A DNA stretch of 63,742 bases, filler included, from Licmophora abbreviata (Eukaryota): NCBI GenBank assembly GCA_900291995.1. It is 11 parts of 11 records of this genome, joined end to end, with 100 filler letters (N's around TTAATTAATTAA, not from the genome) between each part and the next. Parts side by side here need not be neighbours in the genome. Positions count along the whole stretch, not along the records: positions 7,275 to 13,547 come from OLMU01003505.1; positions 13,648 to 18,261 come from OLMU01003507.1; positions 18,362 to 32,320 come from OLMU01003508.1; 8 more parts are not named here. One strand, 5' to 3'. The notes under the pieces were generated by a model, which saw only the letters and a program-made list of their open reading frames with translations, ran no database searches and was not told the DNA's origin. Positions 13,126 to 26,473 of the stretch are shown here, piece after piece. How positions within the stretch are numbered: the stretch's first letter is position 1; each line of letters starts with the position of its first letter. Both the position numbers and the translations under genes were made by a program.

Positions 13126-13547
13126 ATGCATGTTTGGACAAAGTACGTGGCCACAGCCATCTCTTTAATCTTTTATCTGCTCTTTCTCCTCCGAGAAGAC
13201 GCAAACCTGGACGACGAAATCTCATCGGTCAAGGCAGCCGAAACTCGGCACACAGAACTTCTCCCAGAAGCTTGTCGAGCTTATATCGTCAACAATGGTA
13301 CCACGTTGGACCTTTCCCAGGGTCGATACATTCACGTGCCGGGTCGCCAGGCTTCCTATGATCACACTTGTTTTATCATGAGACCCCGGTACAACTGCGC
13401 TACAAACGACTCGTCCAAACCCAAAGCCTATGAATGGAAGTTTGTTCTACAGTCGGACCCGGACGACCCAGCGACCCTCTGTGACATTGTTGACTACGTA
13501 GACGAACTTGGTGGTCCTGGATCCGACCTTTTGAGAGATAAGCAAGT
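13126..13547 (+). CDS. Partial type II membrane protein (5' part; possibly TBL/PC-esterase-like), truncated by spacer
   Basis: N-terminal hydrophobic anchor. 'CFIMRPRYNC...YEWK' loosely resembles the Cys-rich N-terminal region of trichome-birefringence-like proteins. The ORF runs into the gap. Confidence 0.45.
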
Positions 13548-13647
13548 NNNNNNNNNNNNNNNNNNNNNNNNNNNNNNNNNNNNNNNNNNNNTTAATTAAT
13601 TAANNNNNNNNNNNNNNNNNNNNNNNNNNNNNNNNNNNNNNNNNNNN

Positions 13648-14855
13648 CCCAGGCTGACAAGATTGTCAAGGACAAGAAGGAAAAGAAGTCTGGCGTGAGA
13701 TTCTCGTCCGTCGCAGAGATTGATGCCGAGCTTGCCAAGTTGCAGAGGCGCCAGGAGACGACGTCCATGTCCCTCAACGAGGAGAAGCGTCTGATCAAGG
13801 AAATGGACGCTCTCCAGGCCTCCAAGAAGCTCGTCGCGGACCTCAGGAGTAAGGACGCCGACTTGGACGATGTCAAGGAGAAGAGAAAATTCATCTCTGC
13901 TCAGATCACGGCCAAGGACAAGGAGATCGACGCCGTGTCGAGCGAGATAGACGAGAAATTTGCGGTCATCAAGAAAATGTCTGATAAGGAGACCGACAAA
14001 CGCGACAATCTCAAAGGACTTTTCAACCAGCGAGACGAGCTGCGCAAGAAGATGAACGACAAGCTCAAGGAGAAGGATGCCATTCGGGATACTTTCCGAG
14101 AAACAAACAACGCTTGGTACAACTACCAACGGGCTGTCCGTGCGCAGAAAAAGATTGAGTATGAGGCTGAGAAGAAGGCGCGCGACGAAGAGAAGGCGGC
14201 TTGGCTCAAGAAGAAGGAGGAGGAAGAGCTCAAGAAGACCCCATACGAGGAGGAAATGGCTCTGTGTGACTATCTTGCGAATTACCTCACGCGCACGTAC
14301 CTCACCAAGAACGAGGGGAACCAGGAGTCGGAAAAGAAAGATGACGCGGTCGTCGTGAAGGACGACCCTTTCGCAGGTTTCAAACCGGTTGGCAAGAAAG
14401 ATGAGGAGGAAAGTGAGTATTTTGGAAAGGGCAAGGGAAAGAAGAAGCGAGTGCGCAACAAGGGCAAGAGCTCAGTCGGTCCCTTTACCCTGAATGTGGA
14501 CACATTCGAACAGTTTGGTCTTCTCAATCTCAGCCCACCCACCAGCGTGGAATCTGTGGAAAAGTCGGTTGAAGAGTTGAAGGCAAAGAAGACGTGGTTC
14601 TCTGAACAGCCTCGTGGTAGTGTCCCCACCGCGAAGGAGATTCGTAAGGCCAACGAGAAGGCCGCCGCGAAGCGTCGTACGAACGTTGAAAGTGAAGAAA
14701 CGACAACGAAGCCTCAGAAGCAACCTGCCGGAAAGTTTTCTTTGTCCACCGATGACTTTGCCCCTCTCGGTAGCGGCGGCACCAACTCGTCCGTCCATGA
14801 GACATGGGGACAGAAAGTCGATGCTGCTCCGGCAGCCTCTGATAGTGCACCCTGA
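13648..14855 (+). CDS. Bfr1/proton-pump-interactor-like coiled-coil protein (5'-truncated)
   Basis: Long charged coiled coil with PYEEEMALCDYLANYL, a basic KGKGKKKR patch and FEQFGLLNLSPP...ELKAKKTWF, as in the Bfr1/PPI family. Strong codon bias. Confidence 0.7.
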
Positions 14856-15442
14856 TTAGTTATTGACCAATTGAGTGATGGGCAGTTGACGGAACGGCAA
14901 AAAAGCACGACAAGCGCAGTTTAAGGAACCATTTGGAGCTCTGTCGTGGCTCCGTTCTGTCTATTATGCACCACTACCAACTTATTTTCACACTCTTCGC
15001 TAGTAGATACTTCTAAACAATAGTCCATCGGATGAAGTATGATACTTAAAATTACGAAGAACCAAAAAGAGCGTCTACATACCGGCACCAGTGCGCGTAC
15101 AGAATCCAGCGAAACGAATGGAATCGGAGTTGACATCGTGAGAGCGCTTGCCGGAGGAGTGCGGAAACTCGCCGACCCCCCGGCTATCGACTCGTTCAAC
15201 CGGTATCGCGATAGCTTGCCGTAGGAAAGGCAGAAGCAGCTCGATGGATGCGGTGCGAGATTCCGAATACACAGCGCTCTCGAAATCCTGCCCGTTTCTG
15301 GAGACATGGACAGAGTGGCTCACATTCCGAAGAGAAAGCTCCGACAACAATCATTTCTCTTGTGCTTCAGTTTGTAAGATACTAGCTAGTACCTCACTTT
15401 AGGTGCTATTACGATTGACGAGGTCACAGGCGAAACAGTTCC

Positions 15443-16822
15443 TTAAAAGCCGAAATCTCCGTCGTCAAATCCGTATTCCTCGTCAGAGTCATCATCGTCC
15501 TCGTCGGAATCCTCGGCTTCGTCTGCTTCCGCAGCTTCCTCAAAGCTGCTGAGTTCCACAAAGTCAACCTTCCACCTCAGAATTCCTCCGATCCCTCCAA
15601 ATCCTTTGACAAACTGAGTCCCCTCTCCACTCCGATCCGTAACAAACTCCAAGTTGCATCCAAACTGTTTATAATTGTTGGCCATCCACTCAACAAGACT
15701 TTCCTTTTCGATCACTTCCAGCTCTACGCCTGTGGACTCATCATGAAAGAAGTTCTCGTTGGCTTCTTGTTCCTTGTTTAGATGGACAACCGTCTCTTCT
15801 GCGGTAGATGTGTTTCGGAGGACAAAGCGGTTGATATCAAGGTTGTCCCAGACGATCAAGTCTTCGACCGCTCCCAACTCCAGTGCCTTCAAGGTGTCTT
15901 CGACCATGAAACAGTACTTTCCAGTGTCTTGAGAGATTTCGTCCATGTATCGTTGCAACAACTTCTTCTCCTTCATTAGTTTGACATTGGACAAGGTGTC
16001 GGCACTGGCCTCAATGGCCTGGTTGAATCCCTGTTCTCCTCCATAGGAGACATCCACCATCTTGATAACGATCTTGTGCAGCCTCTGATCAAAAAGATCG
16101 GACCTCATGAGTTCTGACTTGAAATCGGCGGATCCAGCCAGGACAATCCCTTGGACGTTGGGTTTCTGTCCATCCGGAACAAAGAGCTGAGTGGCAAGTT
16201 CTGCCACCTTGCGAACGTAGTTGTGTCTCTTTTCGAGTCGCAAACGAGCAAAACGCAAGGCGGACTGCCCACCCCGACCATGCTTCTTGGGAAGGTCGAC
16301 GCTGAACTTATGCAGGACTTCTCGATTGCTGCCCTGGACTGTTCCGTAGAGACAGCCATTTCCGTCCATGACGAGGAAACCGAATGCTTCATCGTCCATG
16401 AGAAGCTCTTGGAGATCTTCGGTATGAAACTTGTTGTCACAAAGATACAAAGATGTATTGATAGGTTTGAATGGTTCGAAATCGATGTTGACGCGACGCT
16501 CTTTGCCGTCGTCGGTAATGACAGTACCGCAGTAAATCACGAGTCCATTCTTGGGACACTTGTTGTATAGCTTGAGACGCTGTTGCGTCGACGTGATGGC
16601 TCCCAACACGCTTAACCGATTGACACGAGACTTAATATTGGAGGCAGTGCCGTATTCGTCGCTGAGCATCTTGTTGACCCTCGAAATCTGGTCTCCCGGT
16701 GGAATGATGAGCGAAATCATGCTGGTTCCATTGCCGCGTGCTGCCTCGAGGTTCTTGATCAATTTCTTGACCTTGAACATCTCGATCTGCTGATCGAGGT
16801 CATCCTTGTTGTTGTCTCCCAT
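15443..16822 (-). CDS. ETF1: Eukaryotic peptide chain release factor 1
   Basis: TASNIKS, YLCDNKF, GRGGQS and [10 protein letters not shown] motifs; acidic tail; intronless. Confidence 0.98.
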   Translation of the reverse strand: MGDNNKDDLDQQIEMFKVKKLIKNLEAARGNGTSMISLIIPPGDQISRVNKMLSDEYGTASNIKSRVNRLSVLGAITSTQQRLKLYNKCPKNGLVIYCGTVITDDGKERRVNIDFEPFKPINTSLYLCDNKFHTEDLQELLMDDEAFGFLVMDGNGCLYGTVQGSNREVLHKFSVDLPKKHGRGGQSALRFARLRLEKRHNYVRKVAELATQLFVPDGQKPNVQGIVLAGSADFKSELMRSDLFDQRLHKIVIKMVDVSYGGEQGFNQAIEASADTLSNVKLMKEKKLLQRYMDEISQDTGKYCFMVEDTLKALELGAVEDLIVWDNLDINRFVLRNTSTAEETVVHLNKEQEANENFFHDESTGVELEVIEKESLVEWMANNYKQFGCNLEFVTDRSGEGTQFVKGFGGIGGILRWKVDFVELSSFEEAAEADEAEDSDEDDDDSDEEYGFDDGDFGF

Positions 16823-17208
16823 AGTATGTGTACACCGAGGCTGGGGAAGGAAAGACTGGTTGGAAAGACTGAGAGCAAGGAGTCAGTCGAAGTGAAATAG
16901 ATTGTAAATGGCATCAACAACACAACAAAACGTTTCGTTCATTCGTTCATCGTCCACACATCACAGGACGAAAGGACGAACCGCGACCAACCATGGCCAC
17001 ACACTCATCGGAGGCATGCCAGACGGTGCTCAATGGAATCAGGAATGTCAAATCACCTCACACTATAAGACCCCCGGTCTTCACTTCTGTCGCGCGGCGC
17101 GCGAAGAGATTTCTTGTGCACCGCGAACACGAAAGCGAAAAATCCGCGACACGCAAAATGATCACACCGCGAATGCTATTAAATGCATCCAATCATTTTG
17201 CCTCTTGA

Positions 17209-18748
<1,540 letters not shown>

Positions 18749-18944
18749 AGGTGAATAACGAAAAGTCTGGAGGGGATAGCAGTAGTGCAGTCTCCTGCTT
18801 AGTACATGGTAGACAGCAATTCTCTAGAATGACAAAGAGAACCCATAACGACAACACAGTGCGCCTACTCCCATGAAATTTGCAGGACATACGCCCATGC
18901 TTGTCTAACCACTACCTGGTAGCCAAAATCCACAGCAACACCGT

Positions 18945-20360
18945 CTACGCAGCCACAGTCTTCTTGAAAGATTCCAGGGCTCCATTCTTAGCCATTTCCT
19001 CCGCAACCAAGACGGCATTCAGCGCCGCACCTCGCAGCAGCTGATCCCCCGACACAAAGAATTCGATGCCATTGTCAAAGACCAACGACTTGCGAACACG
19101 TCCCACTTCCACATCGTACTGTCCGGTAGCCGTGAGCGGCATGGGATACAATTCCTCATCAGGACTGTCCACCAGCTTGACTCCCGGTGCGTCAGCAAGA
19201 GCCTTGCGCGCTTGTTCCAAGTCCACCGGCTTGTCCGTTTCCACCAAGATACTTTCCGAATGAGCGCGGATGGTGGGAATGCGCACGGCCGTACAGCTAA
19301 TGGGAAAGTCCTCGTCGAGTCCACAAATCTTGCGCGATTCCCAGGTGACTTTCATTTCCTCCTTTGTATATCCGTTCTCCTGAAACTTGTCAATGTGCGG
19401 AATGACATTGAAGGGAAGTGGATGGGCGAATATGCTATTCTTGGCTTCTCTGCCCTCCAGAACTGCCTTGGTACCCTCCTTCAACTCATCCATGCCGGGT
19501 TGTCCCGCACCGGATGCTGCCTGGTAGGTGGACATGATGATTTTCTTCAATCCAAAGAGCTTATGGAGAGGCCACAGCGCCATGAGGCCGATGGCGGTGG
19601 TACAGTTGGGGTTGGCAATTAGCTTGGACTGTTTGGTCGTTTCGCCGTTGATTTCTGGCACCACCAGCGGAACGTCCGGTCGAAGTCGAAATGCGGACTG
19701 AATAATTTATGCATAGGATGGCGAGAAGAAGAAAGAGTAGGATGGATGCACGTGAGGATATAGTATAGATTCATACAGAAGTATATCAAGAAGTCGCCGT
19801 TTGTCTCCAGAGTCGCACAAGTTGAATCATCCTTGCATCCATATTACGCAATAACACACACTACAACTGTAACTTACACTGTTATCAATCACAACAGCGC
19901 CGCCCTCTCCCTCACTAATCTTTTCCGCATGTTCCAGTGCAAAATCTCCCGAGACGGCCAAAAAGATGACATCGCACTCACGTGCGGCATCGACACTGAA
20001 GAGTTCGACGCCGACCGTGCCATACTCGTCCGTCTGTACCTCCTTGCCGGCACTGCGTTCGCTGCCAAAGATACGGAGTGTGGAAACGGGAAAGTCGGAT
20101 CTTTCAAGGCACTGCCGAATTTCCTTCCCGACGGCACCCGTGGCGCCGACAATGCCGACCGTGTAAGAAGAAGACGAAGACATGTGGAGAGTCGTAGCGC
20201 GAAGAGATGAGGGGAGTGTGTTCCAAGAGCGAGTCACGAAAGTAGGGCGAGCAGCGGGGGACCGGTGCAAAGCTCGAGGAGACGGCGAGATTCCAGACGT
20301 GAAGGCTTCCGACACAGAAATGGCAGAAATCGCAAGCAGGGCTGCACAGCTAAACTTCAT
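18945..20360 (-). CDS. asd: Aspartate-semialdehyde dehydrogenase, plastid-targeted, 2 exons
   Basis: Signal peptide [20 protein letters not shown] followed by a transit peptide. Motifs GATGAVG, IDNS|SAFR (intron 19698-19877), [14 protein letters not shown] and [12 protein letters not shown]. Confidence 0.96.
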
Positions 20361-20541
20361 ACTCGAGATTGTCGAAGGGAGTAGGAGAGCTCCAAGACGG
20401 TGGTTTGCCGGTTCTTTTGCTCTCTCAAGATGGCAGAGAGCGCGAGGTGCCACGTTCAAAGTCAAAACAACAACAGTTTTCGTTTTCCTTCATCCTGCGT
20501 TCTGGACCACATATTTTTGGGAGCTCGCATCGAAATGTCAG

Positions 20542-20549
20542 TGACGTCA
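20542..20549. promoter_or_regulatory. TGACGTCA (CRE/CCRE/aureochrome-type bZIP site) in the asd/deaminase divergent promoter
   Basis: Perfect palindrome near the middle of a ~390-bp head-to-head region. Function not demonstrated. Confidence 0.4.
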
Positions 20550-20750
20550 TGTACGACGTTCACAAGAGTCGAAGCAGTCGAATCAAATCGAATCCTGTTC
20601 TGCTTCCGAAAGGGTTTCGGAAGAGAAAGATTTGTGATGCCGCAACGACAGAGCTTCCACAACAACTCACCTCACCCCTGTTCTGGGTGAACCCATAGTC
20701 AACCTTTCATCTCCTCTCCTCCTGTCGCTCTGTACATCTCTTCTTTTGTA

Positions 20751-21512
20751 ATGCCTGCAGTCTCGATTGACACCGAGAAACAGCTTCCGCCTTTGACCAC
20801 GTCGCCCGAGACGTTGGAAAAGCTTCTGGGCGTCATCGAAACAGACGTTGTTCCGCTCACCGAAAAGGGAGTGCAGGATGGAAACAAGGTCAGTGTTTCG
20901 ATCCAAGATCTGTTTTGCATTATTTTTATAATTTCTCACTGATGTACTGACTCGACTCCATTCTCATGTGTCACCTTTCATGATTCAATTCTACTTTAGG
21001 TCTTTGGAGCCGCCATTCTGAATGGATCCACCCTCACCCCAGTTCTTTGTCAAACCAACCAAGAACTCGTTTCTCCTCTGTTCCACGGTGAGGTGCACTG
21101 TATTTACGAGTGGTCTCAGAAAACCCCTCCTGGGGAGCGTGGCGCCGCCGCCAAGTCATCGGTATTCTTGAGCACCCACGAGCCGTGCTGCATGTGCATC
21201 AGCAGTATCGTCTGGGCCGGATTCGACAAGGTCTACTACTTGTTTCCATACGAACTGACGAGTCAGCAGGGCATACCGCATGATATTAACATTATGCATG
21301 AACTGTGGGGAGTGGAAACCTATCGGAAGCAATCCAAGTATTGTAGTACTGCATGTCTCATGACCTTGGTGGAAGAATTGCCGGACGACGAGCCCAAAAA
21401 GAAGGCCTTGCAGGAGCAGATTGACGCACTGGTCGCGAAGTATGATGAGATGAGCAGTCAGTACCATACAGAGAAAGCCAACAATACCGACAATTCTCTT
21501 GCGTTTGGATGA
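20751..21512 (+). CDS. Zn-dependent nucleoside/cytidine-type deaminase, 2 exons
   Basis: Intron 20889-20999 gives GNK|VFGAAIL. Zinc motifs HGEVHC and HEPCCMC are present. Confidence 0.88.
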
Positions 21513-22201
21513 CGTAGTTATTACAATGGATGAGCTTCTCGACGAAGTTGTCAATTCCGTCTTGTTCAGAACGAATGCAGTTTGATGTTTTGGTGGAATG
21601 AGTCAATCATTCATGTACGTTTTTGTTCTTTTCCAGTAGACTTACTGCTGTATAGTGTGGTTTCTATTAGTAGATCAGTCTCCTTGCTACTACAGTAGTA
21701 TGTCTAGAGCTCTCTAGCTACCGCTAGATGACTCGATGACGGTGGTAGTGCCATCCCAATAACGGCTGCCCGTTCTCGCTCAGGTGACCGCTTAGTCTGC
21801 CGGGACGACCATGTGAGCTTCCCAGGGTTGCCTACTCCCCTCCCGTAGTCTCTTATCATCGTAGACATAGAGATCGACCTGTGAGCGTAGAACACAGGCT
21901 CACTGTGACAGGCTGACTGGACGAGTCCATGCTTGGGGGTATCTTTTTGCGTGACACGTGCAACTTGTACTGCGAGCTACGAGTGCCGGTATTTTCGAAG
22001 GTTTACTCATGACGTACGATTATTTCTAGCGTCACATCAATTCTGTTCTGTGATAGAAGAAAAGAATTTTCGAACTTCTGCAGATTAAACGCTGGAAATT
22101 TGAGTACGTGGTCCGCGTGGGTTTCGCATGCGTCAGTGACATCCAACGGTATTTGCGCGAAGCCTTTCTACGGACCACAATCCTTGGAAGACTACGACAC
22201 C

Positions 22202-23468
<1,267 letters not shown>

Positions 23469-23968
23469 GCATATTTCTAAATGCACTCCATACACGGTGA
23501 TATACTAACGGTCTAAGCCATGAGTGTTCAAACTATATACTTTTCTTTCCTTACTCTTGTGGTGCTATGCGAGATGCCAACAAGCCTACCGGTGCAGAGG
23601 TTATCACGTACCGTAGCGAGGTAGCGTTGGTTGTTAGGACTCGAGGGGATTGATTCGATTGACTCCTACCGGGCGGCTTTTTCGCGTTCCACGTGTAAAA
23701 CTTGTTTCGCACTGAACAACGCACACTCGAGCTTTGTCTCATCGATACATCGTCTCTCGTCTTGACGTCTCGACACAATCATCACACGAAGACGATCATG
23801 CGCTGATTGTTGCTCAGATATCTTCGTCTTGTCTCTCTACTACTACAGCCTTCCTTCTGTCCATCGCGTTCTTCATCGTCTTGCTCGTTGAGTGCTCGGG
23901 AAGTTTCAAATCCATTCTCTCGTATCGTTTCTCCTGGCACGTCAAAAATTACGAGATCCATACACACG

Positions 23969-25042
23969 ATGGTACATGTGTCACGGAGCAGTCGGTCAAG
24001 GAACCAGGCTTCTGTCTCCCATTCAGCCTCAAGCCTTGCTTTGGTAGCATTTCTGCTGATATCTCAGGTTGCCCACGCATTCCATCCCTCGCTTCATAGT
24101 ATCCGTCGCAGTACTACTATATCTGCCTCCCCTCGGCCTCTGCCATCATTGATGATTACGAGAAAACAACATACCCTATCGTCACCACGCCGACTCTACA
24201 TGACAAACGAACACTCCAATGAGCATGTCGGACAGTCTCGCTCGGATCGACGCGTCAGCAAAAAGGCCATGACGCGCCGCTCGGGGTGTCGCCTGTCGCG
24301 TTGGTCGACACACGTGGCTCTCGTGGCATCCCTCGTGTTGGGTCGTGCCACGATTGCCGCCGCCTCTGCTCCCAAAGATGCCTTGCGCGCCAATGATATC
24401 ATCGTCAACAGCCTTCGACCGGGAGTGAGTCAGGAAGAAGCAGAACGAGCCTTGCGGGGAGAAGCTAGTATCGACGGAGACGAGGTTTTGGTGGGATCTA
24501 CTCGTAGTGACGACAAAGATGCTGCCAAGGAGAACCCGAAAAAGAAAGGAAAGAAACAGAAAAAGGTTTCCACGACATATGACTATGGTGACGCCGAAGG
24601 CGAGTTTGCGGATGAGGATGACTTGGTAGAGTTCGAGGGAGAGACCAAGGCAACCGACGTCCCAGCCGGTGACACAACCAGCAGCCCCACGAGCTTTGCC
24701 GTCGGATCCAAGAGCACTTCGCCTGCTTCCATGACGAAAATGTATGCCACCAGTGCGTTTTCGATACTCATCCTTCCCGTGACGTGGTTGCAGACGCGAG
24801 AGATCTTGCGTTCGAGACGGGAACGGCAATATGTAGAGAAGGGGTTGGAGATTCTGCAGGCACAGAAAGCCGAGTATTTTAACATTACCAATGCAGCAGA
24901 TGACTCGGATATTGAAGATGAGCTAAAGGGTTTGAGAAAGAATGAAACGGACGCTAGTAATGACGATGACGACGACGACGACGACGATGACGACGACGAC
25001 GATGATGATGATGATGATGATGATGACGACGACTATTACTAA
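23969..25042 (+). CDS. Unknown, probably plastid/thylakoid membrane protein with poly-Asp tail
   Basis: Signal-like region ending VAHA-F, an S/R-rich transit region, a second RR + hydrophobic + ASA segment, a TM near the C-terminus and a terminal Asp run. Confidence 0.65.
   Translation: MVHVSRSSRSRNQASVSHSASSLALVAFLLISQVAHAFHPSLHSIRRSTTISASPRPLPSLMITRKQHTLSSPRRLYMTNEHSNEHVGQSRSDRRVSKKAMTRRSGCRLSRWSTHVALVASLVLGRATIAAASAPKDALRANDIIVNSLRPGVSQEEAERALRGEASIDGDEVLVGSTRSDDKDAAKENPKKKGKKQKKVSTTYDYGDAEGEFADEDDLVEFEGETKATDVPAGDTTSSPTSFAVGSKSTSPASMTKMYATSAFSILILPVTWLQTREILRSRRERQYVEKGLEILQAQKAEYFNITNAADDSDIEDELKGLRKNETDASNDDDDDDDDDDDDDDDDDDDDDDDDYY
24961..25033 (+). repeat. Coding (GAC/GAT)n microsatellite
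   Basis: About 24 Asp codons in a row. Confidence 0.95.
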
Positions 25043-25107
25043 GTACGTTAATGTTGTTACTAAATAGGTCAAGTTTCCAAATCGAATCACTGTACCGGTA
25101 CTACATT

Positions 25108-25857
25108 TTAGTCGGAAGAACGAATTCTTCCATGCGTCTGAACTTCTTGGATCAATCCTTCCGTTTGTGCTTGACACTGCGCCGCAACGTCCTTCCAGTG
25201 TGCGACGGAGCGTTGCATTTGTCCGAGCAAGACATCCTGTTGCTTTTCCAGCTTCTGAACCTCTTGCAATAGAGTGAGTTCTTGATCCATCCTTTCTTTT
25301 ACCAAGAGTCCTCCCAACAGGACGTTCCCGCCCAACAGGAGCAGCATTGTTCCAAAGTAGAGGAAGAAGCGGAGAATGGAAGTATAACCCGATGCTTTGG
25401 TGACTGGTGGACTACTCCTACTGGCAACTGTCGTCTCTCGCACACTCGGATCATCCACCAGAGCAACCATAGGAGACTTCTTGCAGATGCTATCCTGCGT
25501 TTTGGTCCTAGTAGTGTTGACCTTGTTTGTAGAAAAAACAAGCAAAGGGGTCGATGGCTCGCTTTTCGAAACGCTGATGCTGTACGGAGTATCCGCGGAG
25601 ACAGGGTTCTTGCTGCCGTTTGCAAGAAGAGTTTTCGAAGGACGCATAGTATCGACCGTAGCAGTAGAAGGCTTCTTGGAGATCTTGGAGTAACGCGTGT
25701 CGGAGGAGCTGATGCGGCTGTTGCTTCGAAGTTTCACGGGGACGTTCTTCGTTTGGGTGGTGGTGGATGACCGAGGCTTCTTCTTGTGGGGAAGAGAGCT
25801 TGACGTTTCATCTTTGTTACTCTCGTGACGACGTTTGTGCGTAGAAGATCGTGGCAT
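25108..25857 (-). CDS. Unknown single-pass membrane protein (basic S/T-rich N-terminus, TM, C-terminal coiled coil)
   Basis: NLS-like HKRRH and KKKPR, hydrophobic FFLYFGTMLLLLGGNVLLGGLLV, then heptad-like repeats. Confidence 0.6.
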   Translation of the reverse strand: MPRSSTHKRRHESNKDETSSSLPHKKKPRSSTTTQTKNVPVKLRSNSRISSSDTRYSKISKKPSTATVDTMRPSKTLLANGSKNPVSADTPYSISVSKSEPSTPLLVFSTNKVNTTRTKTQDSICKKSPMVALVDDPSVRETTVASRSSPPVTKASGYTSILRFFLYFGTMLLLLGGNVLLGGLLVKERMDQELTLLQEVQKLEKQQDVLLGQMQRSVAHWKDVAAQCQAQTEGLIQEVQTHGRIRSSD

Positions 25858-25924
25858 AGTGATACGAACAAATAAGATTACGACGGACAATCAATATTCA
25901 GCAGGAAGACGTCAATGCTTGTGC

Positions 25925-25964
<40 letters not shown>
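25925..25964. repeat. (TTG)n microsatellite
   Basis: Direct observation. Confidence 0.95.
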
Positions 25965-26473
25965 GGAGCGTCACTCATTTTGTGAGGCGCGAAACCTGAG
26001 AATTTGAAAATGACCCAAACATCCTTTGGGCCTCCGGGTGCCTCTTCCACGGACAACATTGATGCAGTGCGAGGCGCAGAGGACCTCCACCTGGCACTTC
26101 ATCATCACTCTTTTTTGTGTCGCGTCTCGGTCAAAATCTTGTCGCCCCTCACATTCTTTCGTTAGAGAGAGACACAACCTGCGTTCATCCTGCATTGACT
26201 GATTGTCGCTTCTTGGAACGCTCCAGTGATTCGAACGAACCGTTTGTTAATTAAGTTTCGTGCTTGAAAGTCCGTGAAGGCAAAAGGTACGAGTTCTGGA
26301 GCTTTTCCCATCGCCCAGTCAACATCAGAACTCCCTTGATGGGGGTGTGTGTTCAGTATCATGGCATGACTTGTATTTCTCCCCGCCAAGGTGTCGTCGT
26401 CTCGCCCCATACTCGTTATTCCTCACTCGCTCACAATCCCATCTCCGTTCTCTCTAGCAGTCTCTATCCTACC

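Noticed and set aside
15443..16822. Possible variant genetic code signalled by eRF1
   Set aside because: TASNIKS, YxCxxxF and GGQ are canonical, and genes here end in TAA, TAG and TGA.
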